Assembly: GCA_951406725.2 (NCBI GenBank)
Contig: OX597837.1
Coordinates: 28,520,001 to 28,584,000 of the forward strand
DNA: 64,000 bases
Direction of reading: 5' to 3'
From: Octopus vulgaris
Taxonomy: Eukaryota
Positions 13,462 to 25,057 of this stretch are shown here, piece after piece (the first letter of the stretch is position 1; each line of letters starts with the position of its first letter). The translations under genes were made by a program, and so were the position numbers. The notes under the pieces are model-generated. The model ran no database searches. It had not been told where the DNA came from and worked only from the letters and a program-made list of their open reading frames with translations.

Positions 13462-15362
13462 ATGGATCCAAAGAAAGCTAGCAGTGATACTGGTAAAGGA
13501 AAAAGAAAAATTGGGAGAAAACAATTGAAGTGAAGAAAGAAACCATCGCAAAACACAAAATCTCTCTGATATAAATCGACAATATCTACCATTCCTTAAA
13601 ATAAGGAAGTGACAAAAGCAGCTGATGTTACAAAAATAATGACTGTTATTAATAAACAAAGACCAAAGATACTCGAAGAAGTGGAAAAATTATTGCTTAT
13701 TTTTATAAAGGAGAAGCAGTTAACAGATGACAGTATCAGTGAAGCATTTATTTGGAAGAAAGCATTAGAAATTTATAATGATCGTGTAAAAAGAAAACAA
13801 AACCCCTGGTACAAGTGCTGAAAGTGATACTTTGAATTCAAAGCTAATAGAGGCTGGTTCGAGAAATTTAAGTGAAGTGGAACGCATGCTGTGATTAGGC
13901 ATGGAGAGGTGGCGAGTTCAAACAAGGAAGCGGCTGAGAAATTTGTGATTGAGTTTAGTGACTTGACAAAAGGAGGTTATCTCTCCCAACAGGTGTTTAA
14001 CGGGGATGAAACAGGATCATTTTGGAAACGAATGCTAAATAGGACCCATATTACTAAGGAGGAAAAAGCGTTGCCAGGATACAAGCCAATGAAACATAGA
14101 CTCGCTCTTTTGCTTTGCGTCAACGCAAGTGGCGATTTCAAGGTCAAGCCATTGCTTGTTAACCATTCCGATAATCAGAGGGTTTTCAAAAGAAAAAATG
14201 TTATGAAGAATAAATTGCTTGTTATGTGGCGAGTTACAGGCAATTTTTTATTGAATGGATTCATAAAGTTTTTTCTCCGAATACTAAAAAATATCTGCAG
14301 GAAAAAATGCCTTCTCGTGATAGACAATGCTCCCGCTCACCCTCCAGGTTTGGAGGATAACTTAGTTGAAGAATTTGATTTTATTCAGGTCAAATACCTG
14401 CCACCTAACGCAATTGCTCTAAAACAACCAATGGTCATTGAAAACTTTAAGAACCTTTATTCAAAAGCCAAAGCCCTGTTTCGAAAGTGTTTTTAAGTCT
14501 CAGAGAATTTTGGAAATATTTCAATATCCTGAATTGTGTTAATCTTATTGATAATGCATGGAACCATGAATTCAGCATGGAGGAAACTTTGGCCAGACTG
14601 TGTACCAGAACGAGACGACTTTGAGGGTTTGAGACAGCTACAAGTACTGCTGCTGTCGAGGAAGTTGCAATTGTTGATGATAATGTCTCTATGGGAAAAA
14701 CTATGGGTTTGAATGTCGACAGTGAAGATACTGAAGAGCTGGTGGAAGACCGCCGTAGTGAGCTTACCACCGAAGAACTCGTACACTTTCAAAATGAACA
14801 GCAAAAGACTTTGACTGAGGAAATGTCTTCTGAGGAGGTGGAAGGAAAGGAGGATGTCCCAAGTTCTTTAATCAAAGAAATGCGTGTTAAATGAGGTGAT
14901 GTGCAAAGTTTTGTGGGAAAATATCACCCTGAAACAGTGGTAGCAAATAGAGCGGTGAATGAGACAATTTCATGTCTCATTCTAGAAACATTTTACAAAA
15001 GCAGGCAAAGCAACTAACATTGAACAGGATTTTACTGTAAGAAAAATGAAAAGAAACCCCAGAGAAAGATTTACCTGAGCCAAAGAGACATATATGGGAA
15101 GAAACCCCCGAAAGACAGTTACCAGACATTTTTATGGAAGGGGACTCCCCTTCTAAGAAATAACACTATTTGTGTGTTGTTTACACTCTGATTAAACGTT
15201 TTTATACTAAAATATATAGTGTAAGCATGTAAATATGCATTCATCTGGTGCTTGGAAACGAATTAATCTCTTTTACATTAATTGTAATGGGAAAATATGA
15301 TTCGGTTCTCGAACGGTTTTAGAACAGACTTTCAGAACAAATTATGGTCGAGAACCGAGATT
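13462..15362 (+). mobile_element. Tigger/pogo DNA transposon remnant (TIGD1-like transposase pseudogene)
   Basis: MDPKKAS start, CENP-B-type HTH pieces, HGEVASS, QQVFNGDETGSFWKRM, LLVIDNAPAHP and YLPPN, ending GDSPSKK* near 15162. Stops and frameshifts throughout. Confidence 0.9.
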
Positions 15363-15442
15363 GCTCTCTCTCTCCCTCCTCTCTCCCTCCTCTCTCCCTC
15401 CTCTCTCCCTTCTCTCTCCCTCTCTCTCTCTCTCTCTCTCAT

Positions 15443-15542
<100 letters not shown>

Positions 15543-15718
15543 CAGGCTCCTTTCGGTTTCCGTCAACCAAATCTTCCCACAAGGCATGGTCAGCCCGAGG
15601 CTATAGTAGAAGACACTTGCCCAAGGTGTCACGCAGTGGGACTGAACCCGGAACCATATGGTTGTGAAGCAAGCTTCTTACCACACATCCACGCCTGCGT
15701 CTGTACTTCATTTTTTAA

Positions 15719-15936
15719 CACTTTTGTTACCATGTTTCTGTTGAGATACTCTGTGTTTCTTTCAATTAATTTTAAATATAACAAAGAATTTAGTAAAATA
15801 ACTTTATCATCCAGCTAGTGTTAGGAACATAAATTGTGACAAAGGTTTAGTGGAAGATTTTAATTCAAAACTTATGAAAACAAGACATTTGTACTCAGAG
15901 CCAGAGCCGATTTCAGCCGGGTTGGTAATGAAAGGG
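15719..15936. mobile_element. TTAA-flanked piggyBac-type MITE (family 1)
   Basis: TTAA flanks and degenerate ccctt...aaggg termini; homologues at 49927-50136 and 57671-57891. Confidence 0.75.
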
Positions 15937-16331
15937 TTAAAGGTAGCCAAATGGCAAAATTGTGTGTCGGAAAAGGCGACGTTTCTTCCGGCTCACAAAA
16001 ATTTTTTCCCACGACAGTTCTGGACCTCAGTTATGAATTCATTTGCATACAGCCAATGGTTGAGTTCAGTAGCAAATGTGCGTTATAACAAAATCTAACG
16101 GTTCTACGGGTTAACAGGGTTGACAAATGTGATATTTAGTGTATAAAGTGAATGGGGAGCTGCTCACCGATGATGCCCTTAAGTATTGCCAATTTGCGTA
16201 ATTTACTAAAAAATGTAAATGAGTGTGGTTTCCTAATTTTTTGACTGATTTTGTATATTCCTAATTTAAAATGTTGGTGTTGATCTGGAGACATCGTAAT
16301 CAATATGGTGTGTCGTATTGCGCCCTCCTTG

Positions 16332-16564
16332 TGGAGGCGCGTGTCTTAGTGGTTAGGGTGTTGAACTCATGATCGTAAGGTTGTGGTTTCGATTCCTGGA
16401 CCGGGCGATGCGTTGTGTTCTTGAGCAAAACACTTCACGTTGCTCCAGTCCACTCAGCTGGCAAAAATGAGTAATCCTGCGACGGACTAGCGTCCCGTCC
16501 AGCTGGGAAATTTCTATGCCGCTGAACCTAGCATGGCTCAAGAAGAAACATTTATTTTATTATA
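16332..16564 (+). mobile_element. tRNA-derived SINE with V-like domain
   Basis: A and B boxes, cctgcgacggactagcgtcccgtccag motif, and 16-bp TSD tattgcgccctccttg (16316-16331 and 16565-16580). Confidence 0.85.
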
Positions 16565-16589
16565 TATTGCGCCCTCCTTGCATATATCA

Positions 16590-19500
16590 ATGGGTGATGT
16601 AGTTTATCCATGGATGCGACAAAGACCATCTAGTCATCCTGGGGTGGAGGTGGGCTTGTTTTGTGAGTCCGCAGATGGCTAAGTGGGGCCAATCTGCGCC
16701 CGAAAGAGTCTTTGACAGTGTCGACAGGAAATGGTAGCGCTTGCTACAGGGTTGTTAGCTCTGTTCTTCCTGGCTTGTCTGCGGTCTTCTGCAGCAGCGA
16801 TCCTATTGGTCTCGCATGTGTTGGCACCCTTGTGGACAGCTGATCGCCACCCTTCTCTGTCTAGAGCAGACTGCTCCCAAGTGTCATGGTCGATGTTGAA
16901 GGCTTTCAACGAGGCATTCAGTGTGTCCTTAAAGCGCTTCTTCTGGCCGCCTTGTGAGCGCTTTCCCTTTTGCAGCTCGCCAAAGAGCAATCTTTTTGGT
17001 AATCGATCGTCTGACATACGAGCTACGTGCCCTGCCCAGCGAAGCTGAGACTGCATCAAGATGGTATGGATGCTGGGCAGGTTAGCACGTATTAGTACCT
17101 CGGTGTCCGGGATCCTGTCCTGCCACTTTATGCCGAGAGGTTTTCTAAGGCGTATTGTATGAAAGTGGTTCAGCTTCCTGGCATGACGACAGTAGACCGT
17201 CCAGGACTCGCAGCGTTGTGAGAACAACAGCCCGGTACACCTTGATCATGATGGTGATCCAGTTCCTGTCACAGACAGTCTTGCGTAGCTTACCTTGGTG
17301 AGTCTAGCGTTGATTTCGTCATCGACGACAACATTTCAAGAGTGTGCTGCCAAGGTAGGTGAACTTGTCCACCGCGTTCAGTCGCTGCCCGTTGATGGTG
17401 ATGTTGGGTTCAACGTAGGGCTTGGTTGGAGCTGGCTGATACCTTACCTCAGTTTTTTTTTTGTATTGATAGTAAGGCCAAAGTTGTTGCCGGCACCAGA
17501 GAACAAGTCAACGCTGCGATGCATGATGGACTCAGTGGCAGCATTGAGAGCGCAGTCATCGGCGAACAGGAGGTCGTTGACGGTGTCTACTGAAACCTTG
17601 GTTTTCGCTTTGAGCCTCCCGAGGTTGAAGACTGAACCGTCGGACCGGTACTTGATGCCTATGTCTGTGTCCCTGAAAGCATCTGTCAGCATGGCTGAGA
17701 ACGTAAGGCTGAACAAGGTGGGAGCAAGGACACATTCTTGTTTCACTCCGTTGGAGACAGGGAATGGATCAGAGGTTTCTCCGTTGTCCTATTCTCTTGC
17801 CAACATGCCATCGCGTAGTTGTCTTACGATGGTGATGAATTTTCTGGGGCATCCATACTTCGCCAAGATTCTCCAGAGACCTTCTCTACTAACGGTATCA
17901 AAGGCCTTGGTCAGGTCGATGTGGGTGGAGCAGAGGTCGACGTTCTTCTCCCGACACTTCTCCTGCAGCTTGTGCTTCTTTCGCTTGTGCTTCTTTGTAG
18001 ATGGCCCAAGGTATTCCATGGCTGTTTCGTACAACGTCACCCGGAGTGCAGCCCAGGCTTCTTCAATATCCTTGCCTTGTAGCACAATGGGGTCCAAGCG
18101 TTGCTCCAATGTATCGGTAAGTAGCTGCTTGTCGTTGTTCTTGTCTTACTCGCAGCAAACACCATGTCGATAGTCCCACGCTCTTTCCAGAAGCTACACT
18201 GGATCTCAGGTAGGAGACCCTACTCTAGGTGTGCAATGAGGCGGTCGAGCAAAACTCTAGCCAGGGATCTTGCCTGGATCTTGATGGACAGCAGTGAAAT
18301 TCCGCGATGATTGTCGCAGATCTGGTGGTTTCCATTTCGCTTGTAGAGGTGGATGATGGAGGTGTCCTTGAAGTCTTGAGGCACTGTCTCGTGCATCCAG
18401 ATGAGCTGAAACAGCTGGTGAATTTTCCTGGTCAGGGCCATACCGCCTCCTTTGAATACTTCAGCTGGGATGGAGTCTGGACCAGGTGCTTTGCCACTGG
18501 ACAGTAGGCGGCATGCTTTCTGAATTTCCTCCAAAGTTGGTTCGACGTCCATTGACTCCTCAACGGGGACTTGAGGTAGCCTATCAATGGCTCCACCATT
18601 GATGGTAGAAGGCCTATTCAGGACGCTGTCGAAATGTTCAGCCCATCTCTCTAATACCTTTTCCTTGTCGGTAATCAGTGTTTCGCCGTCAGGAAGAGAG
18701 ACAGTGTTCTTGCAATATTAGGGCCGTAAACTTCCTTCAAGCTGTCATAGAAATTCTTCATGTTATTTCTGTCTGCAAAGCCCTGGATCATGTCTGCTTT
18801 GCTAAGCCAGGAATCCTGCATCTGGCGCAACTTCGTTTGGATTTTGCTCCGTACAATCCGCAGTCTGTCCTTCTTTGAAACTGACTTGGGATCAGTGAGG
18901 TGAGCTTTGTAAACCCGATGCTTTTTCCTTTAGTAGTTGTTTGATCTCCGCGCAGTTCTCATCAAACCAGTCCTTGTGCTTCTTTGTAGATGGCCCAAGG
19001 TATTCCATGGCTGTGTCGTACAACGTCACCCGGAGTGCAGCCCAGGCTTCTTCAGTATCCTTGCCTTGTAGCACAATGGGGTCCAAGCGTTGCTCCAATG
19101 TATCAGTAAATAGCTGCTTGGCGTTGTTATCCTTCAGTTTGCCGATGTTCAAGCGTTTTGGTTCTTTCCTATTTTGTGGTCGTCTCTTGGGCTGAGTTTG
19201 GATACAAGAAGGCCGTGGTCTGTCCAGCATTCTGCGCCACACATGGTCTTCATAACTCGTACGTCTTGTCTGTCCCTCTTCCTTATGATAACGTAGTCGA
19301 TGAGGTACTAGTGCTTTGAGCGTTGATGCAACCATGATGTTCTGCTGCGGGTGGGCAGGCTAAAGATGGTGTTAGCGACCAGGAGGCCTTGCTCTGCACA
19401 GGTCTGGAGGAGTAGCAGACCGTTGCTGTTGCAGTTGCCAACTCCGTGTTTCCCAATCACTCCTTCCCAGGAGACACTACCACGACCAACTCTCGCATTG

Positions 19501-20985
19501 AAGTCACCTAGAATGATGAGTTTATCTGCGCGGGGAGCCGCGGTGATGACAGAGCTCAAGTCTTCATGATGACAGAGCTCAAGTCTTCATAGAACTTGTC
19601 CTTGGTCTCATTTGGATTCGTCATGGTGGGGGCACAAGCGCTGACAATGGTGTACTTCTGTCCGCGACAGAAGTACACCATTGGCGTCATTAGGCGATCA
19701 GTCATAGCTTTTGGGGGAACCAACCAACTTGCCAGCCAATGTTTGACTTAACTGCAAAGCCAACTCCTGCCTCTCTTCTCTCTTCAGGTCCACATCCACT
19801 CTAAAAGAAAGTGTACCCTGCACCATTTTCCCTGTTGTTCGCCTTCGCCCTGCATCCTGGTTTCGCAGAGAGCAGCAATGTCGATGTTATATCTGGCGAG
19901 TTCATTTGCTATGAGTGCTGTGTGTCTCTGAGGGCTCTCCGACTCGTCTATGGCGAGTTCATTTGCTATGAGTGCTGTGGGCTCTGGGGTCTCTCCGACT
20001 CGTCTATATCAAGAAGCGTACTAACGTTCCAAGCAGCGAGGATGAGTGGTGTACTCTTCGCTCCTTTTCTTTGTTCTTTGTTTCGACCGCAGTGTGTCGG
20101 GTCCCCTCCAGTCGCGGTAGGCTGGCTAGGATAGGCGGCGAGCTGGCAGAAACGTTAGCACGCCGGACGAAATGCTTAGCGGTATTTCGTCTGCGTTACG
20201 TTGTGAGTTCAAATTCCGCCCAGGTCGACTTTGCCTTTCATCCTTTCGGGGTCGATAAATTAAGTACCAGTTACGCACTGGGGTCGATGTAATCGACTTA
20301 ATACCTATGTCTGTCCTTGTTTGTCCCCTTTGTGTTTAGCCCCTTATGGGTAATAAAGAAATAGGTAGGCTGGCTAGGATAGGTGGAGCAGGAAATGTTT
20401 GGGACACCTTTTCTAGTCCGCTCCTCATGCCATGGGGGTGAGCAGTGTGTTCCTAAATAAGACTGCTCAGTCGCCCAGACGGCTGCCGAAATCCACTGCT
20501 GCTCCAGGCCAGTGAATAGCGACCCTGTGGCCCTGATCCGCCTGTGTGCAGGTTTGCTGCTACGACTTCCAGTGTACCCACACCTGTCAATTCGTCGCGT
20601 GCCTGTCGCCACAGGATTTTGGGATAAAGAGGTGGAAAGAAGGATGAAAGATGACTTGTAGCGAGGAAACTTTATTTAAAGTGAGGAAGGGTTGCGCATC
20701 ACCGACCTCACTCTCTCGTCTGAGACGGTTTTAACCAGTGACAAGACCAGATCGAGACGACTGGGGACAGAACCAGATGCAGTGAATGACCAAGATGTCC
20801 TATAGTGCCTCATCTTGCCCTATGCACTCTACGGTGCCCTGTTGTAACCGCCCTCTTCTCCGTTGAAACCGTTCTGGTGGTTTCTTCTGTAGAATGAGCC
20901 GGCTTCAGTCTTCGTATGCGTGGGTAGGCAAGCCCTAACTCGCCGAAGGTTTAAGACCGATCGGCTACCCTCACTTGGTTTATAT
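16590..20985 (-). mobile_element. RTE-clade LINE, near full length, decayed and rearranged
   Basis: EN (LAAWNVSTLLD, LGDFNARVG, NSNGLLLL), RT (KAPGPDSIPAE, DLTKAFDTVSR, KQECVLAPTLF, LFADD) and C-terminal QLRWAGHVARM...CRHCQRLF. Confidence 0.93.
20134..20363 (+). mobile_element. MetaSINE-like SINE B inserted in the RTE 5' region
   Basis: 18-bp TSD ggtaggctggctaggata at 20116-20133 and 20364-20381. Confidence 0.9.
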
Positions 20986-21387
20986 TATGAAATATATAAT
21001 AATTTTATGAAAAAATTATGAAAAAAAATATATTTGCTTCAGACAATTTATATGCATAGCATTTATATGCATAGCAGTTGCAAAATGAAGTCTTTTGAAA
21101 AGTATTTGTGGACTTTTTCTTCAGTGGGTATCTTCATAGCACAATGGGGTCCAAGCGTTGCTCCAATGTATCAGTAAATAGCTGCTTGTCGTTGTTATCC
21201 TTCAGTTTGCCGATGTTCAAGCGTTTTGGTTCTTTCTTATTTTGTGGTTGTCTCTTGGGCTGAGTTTGGATACAACAAGGCGGTGGTCTGACCAGCATTC
21301 TGCTCCACACCGATAATTGCACGTATAAATGGAAGGATTCAAGTGAAGAACAACCACATATTCTCTAGTTTAGGATATCCTACATGT

Positions 21388-21681
21388 GGAGGCACATGGC
21401 CTAGTGGTTAGAGCGGCGGACTCGCGGTCGAGGGATCGTGGATTCGAATCTCAGACCGGGTGATGTGTGTGTTTATGAGCGAAACACTTAAGCTCCACGA
21501 TGCTCCAGCAGAAGGTAACGGTGAACTTCTGCTGACTCTTTCGCCACAACTTTCTCTCACTCTTTCCTCCTGCATATTTCAGCTCAACTGCGACGGACCA
21601 GCGTCCCGTTCCAGGTGGGGGAATCTATACGCCAAGGAAACTGGGAAACCGGCCCTTATGCGTAGATCGAGAAGGAACAAA
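21388..21681 (+). mobile_element. tRNA-derived SINE (family C, V-like 3' part)
   Basis: tRNA-like head; TSD gatatccta(g)catg. Confidence 0.8.
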
Positions 21682-22890
21682 GATATCCTAGCATGAAGTA
21701 GCTTTGGATTATCACAGCAAAAATTATAATTGTTGTGTAAACTCGAGAGAGTAAAATTGATTTTATATCTCTTTATATCTATTAACGTTTCTGCCAGCTC
21801 GCCATCTTACCAAATGCCACCAAGTGTCGATCCACCCACAAGTTATGTACACATGGATTAAATCAGGTTTTGGAGAAAACAAGGTAGTCAAAAATGTGGA
21901 AAAGCCATATATGCCAGGCCTGACTGAAGACTGAACCGTCGGACCGGTACTTGATGCCAATGACTGTCTGTGTCCCTGAAAGCATCTGTCAGCATGGCTG
22001 AGAACGTAAAGCTGAACAAGGTGGGAGCAAGGACACATCCTTGTTTCGTATCACCTATGTCAATAAGATTTCAGGTTCATAGTGACCAAGTTTTAGGTTG
22101 TTTTCGCACAATTTGGACTAAATCAGCCACTAAAAACAGGCAGAAGTTCCCAAGAACAAAGTAAAGAAAAAATGTTGTGAACTTGTCCGTGATAAACATA
22201 GCATGATATGCAAGCGTGAGGATTTGGATTTTTAGCCCCAAAATACGATTCCACATCATTGTTCCAATAACAGATTCATCCTTGCTCATGCGACATTTGT
22301 ATAAAACAAAAGATGCCCAAACACGGATGGCTCCATATATCCGCATTAAAACTAAATGTGGTGCTTCTATAGTCGTCCCTTCACTCGCCTGTCTGCGAAG
22401 AAACTCGTTCGGGAATAACAGACTAATCTCAGTCTGAGCATAGGTACCTAATGTTAATTCCATATAGAGATGGTGCTCAATTTATCTATGAGGAGGCGGG
22501 GTTGGATGTGGTGCTTATGTGAGACCTGCTATGCTGTACTCACAGAGTAGCATACATCATTCTATGCCTGACTGGCACAGCATGTGGATTTTCAAGGTGA
22601 TATCTGATTGGCTGTATGCAAATGAAATTATAACTGGGGTCCGGAACTCTCGTGGAAAAATTTTCGCGTTGCCTTTCATTCGCTAAACCGCAGCAGTTGT
22701 ATCATAACTACTCTACAAACCCACCGCTAATAGCGTGGAATAACCCAAAGCTGTATTTAGGAGTTATATTAGAGCGTATGTGTCTGTGTGTTATAAACCA
22801 ATGTTATAAACCCAAACTCGAATTTCAAAGTTTAAAAGGTTTTAATCGACTAAAAATACAGCAATATACAATACAAAGATTGCTAAATTG

Positions 22891-23306
22891 GGATCTTTTC
22901 GGTTTGAACGGCAGTTTTTTCTAGCGCTGTCATATGAAATTGTCACCCATAATTATGACCCTAGTATCGATCTATTGCATTTCAATCTGTTTTAGGGTTG
23001 GTTAGGGGTGGGGGAAGGGTATCTTTTTTTTTCTTCACAAATGTTAATAAACCCAATCTTTCTTAAACGAGGGACATATTCATACGGCATAGAATGTTTT
23101 TTTACCTCAATAGACGTCATTGATTGGTTGAAATTGAAGAAACTGAAGAAAAAAAACAACAAATATCTTACAAACTATAGAATTTTCTCAATAAAGCCAA
23201 GAGAAAAAGATGTTTTATAAACACATTCTACCAGTATGCGAAGTTTAAAATTTTTTTAGTTACCTAGAAATTATGTTAAAAACTGCCGTTCAAACAGAAA
23301 AGATCT
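22891..23306. mobile_element. MITE with ~29-bp TIRs and 8-bp TSD (Merlin-like)
   Basis: ggatcttttcggtttgaacggcagttttt / aaaaactgccgttcaaacagaaaagatct; TSD ctaaattg. Confidence 0.8.
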
Positions 23307-23528
23307 CTAAATTGTAAGCAAGACCAAACTTCAACGCAATAACATTTTAATGCGGCGAGTTGCTACATTCTAGACTAACTAAAATCAACGCTCAACATGT
23401 CGTCTGCAAACAGAACAGAACTCCGCGCAGTCGCACTGCAGGCAATATAACAGCAATCGAGAAAATCAAAATCACGCAATCAAAACTAAAATCACAACAC
23501 ACAAATATATTTAGAGTGGTCCCTATCC

Positions 23529-24125
23529 ACTGGCTGTGTGGTAAGTAGCTTGTCTACCAACCATATGGTTCCGGGTTCAGTCCCACTGCGTGGCACCTTG
23601 GGCGAGTGTCTTCTACTATAGCCTCGGGCCGACCAAAGCCTTGTGAGTGGATTTGGTAGACGGAAACTGAAAGAAGCCCGTCGTATATATGTATATATAT
23701 ATATATATGTATGTATGTGTGTGTGTTTGTTTGTGTGTCTGTGTTTGTCCCCTAGTGTTTATGTCCCCGATACTTAGCGGTTCGACAAAAGAGACCGATA
23801 GAATAAGTATTGGGCTTACAAAAGAATAAGTCCCGGGGTCGAGTTGCTCGATTAAAGGGGCCGACCAAAGCCTTGTGAGTGGATTTGGTAGACGGAAACT
23901 GAAAGAAGCCCGTCGTATATATATATGTATGTGTGTGTGTGTTTGTGTGTCTGTGTTTGTCCCCTAGTGTTTATGTCCCCGTTACTTAGCGGTTCGGCAA
24001 AAGAGACCGATAGAATAAGTACTGGGATTGCAAAAGAATAAGTCCCGGGGTCGAGTTGCTCGATTAAAGGCGGTGCTCCAGCATGGCCGCAGTCAAATGA
24101 CTGAAACAAGTAAAAGAGTAAAAAA
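23529..24125 (+). mobile_element. SINE A with internal tandem duplication
   Basis: Body repeated from ~23859. Confidence 0.85.
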
Positions 24126-24461
24126 AGAGTAAAGAGAGTGGTTTGTGTTGTCAGACTAAGTACACACATACATCGTTTAAAAGATATTAATAGTAGCTTT
24201 CAAAATAATCTATTTATTTATCCTAACTCTGTGTGTTGTGGGTAGGGTAGCAATCGGTTTCTAAATATAAAATGGCGAAATATGAGGTTGATTATATAAA
24301 AGTTTCTTTCTTCAACGCCGGACTAAAATGAGTGGATTGGAGTGGACTGAGTGTGTGTGGGAGAGAGAGAGGTGTATGTACAGAATGGGGGTTTTGTGTC
24401 GATTTTTATGACTGTAAATATATCTGGAATAGAGGAAATAAATAATTCTGAGAAAGAAATC

Positions 24462-24629
24462 TTTACTCTTTTACTTCTTTCAGTCATTTGACTGCGGCCA
24501 TGCTGGAGCACCGCCTTTAGTCGAGCAAATCTACCCCAGTACTTATTCTATCGGTCTCTTTTGCCGAACCGCTAAGTGACGGGGACGTAAACACACCAGC
24601 ATCGGTTGTCAAGCAATGCTAGGGGGACA

Positions 24630-24676
<47 letters not shown>

Positions 24677-24829
24677 CACATATATACAACAGGCTTCTTT
24701 CAGTTTCCGTCTACCAAATCTACTCACAAGGCTTTGGTCGGCCCGGGGCTATAGCAGAAGACACACTTGCCCAAGATGCCACGCAGTGGGACTGAACCCG
24801 GAACCATGTGGTTGGTTAGCAAGCTACTT
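24462..24829 (-). mobile_element. SINE A, 3' part (interrupted by two Tx1-type elements)
   Basis: Stops at aagctactt. The missing head accacacagccactcctgcgcct is at 32303-32325. Confidence 0.9.
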
Positions 24830-25057
24830 TATTTCATATAATTTGCCATTTAGGCATTTACAAAGAGGGGACAAACAAGGACAGACAAATATAAAGGGTG
24901 AAGTAGCTTAACACAGTTACAATTTTCGAATGAAATTACGGATAAGATTATAAACAATGAGTTTTACGAAGACAATGTTTAAAAATATTAATGATCATGT
25001 CGAAGGACGGACACCCAGCCATCCGGGTAGAACCTTTACTTTCTGATCCGGTCACAC

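Noticed and set aside
20880-20985. HDV-like ribozyme at the RTE 5' end
   Set aside because: Known in some RTEs, but I could not build the nested double pseudoknot by eye.
22077-22463. 128-aa ORF; also 1585-1911, 4039-4296 and 53610-53831
   Set aside because: No recognisable domains or consistent splice structure.
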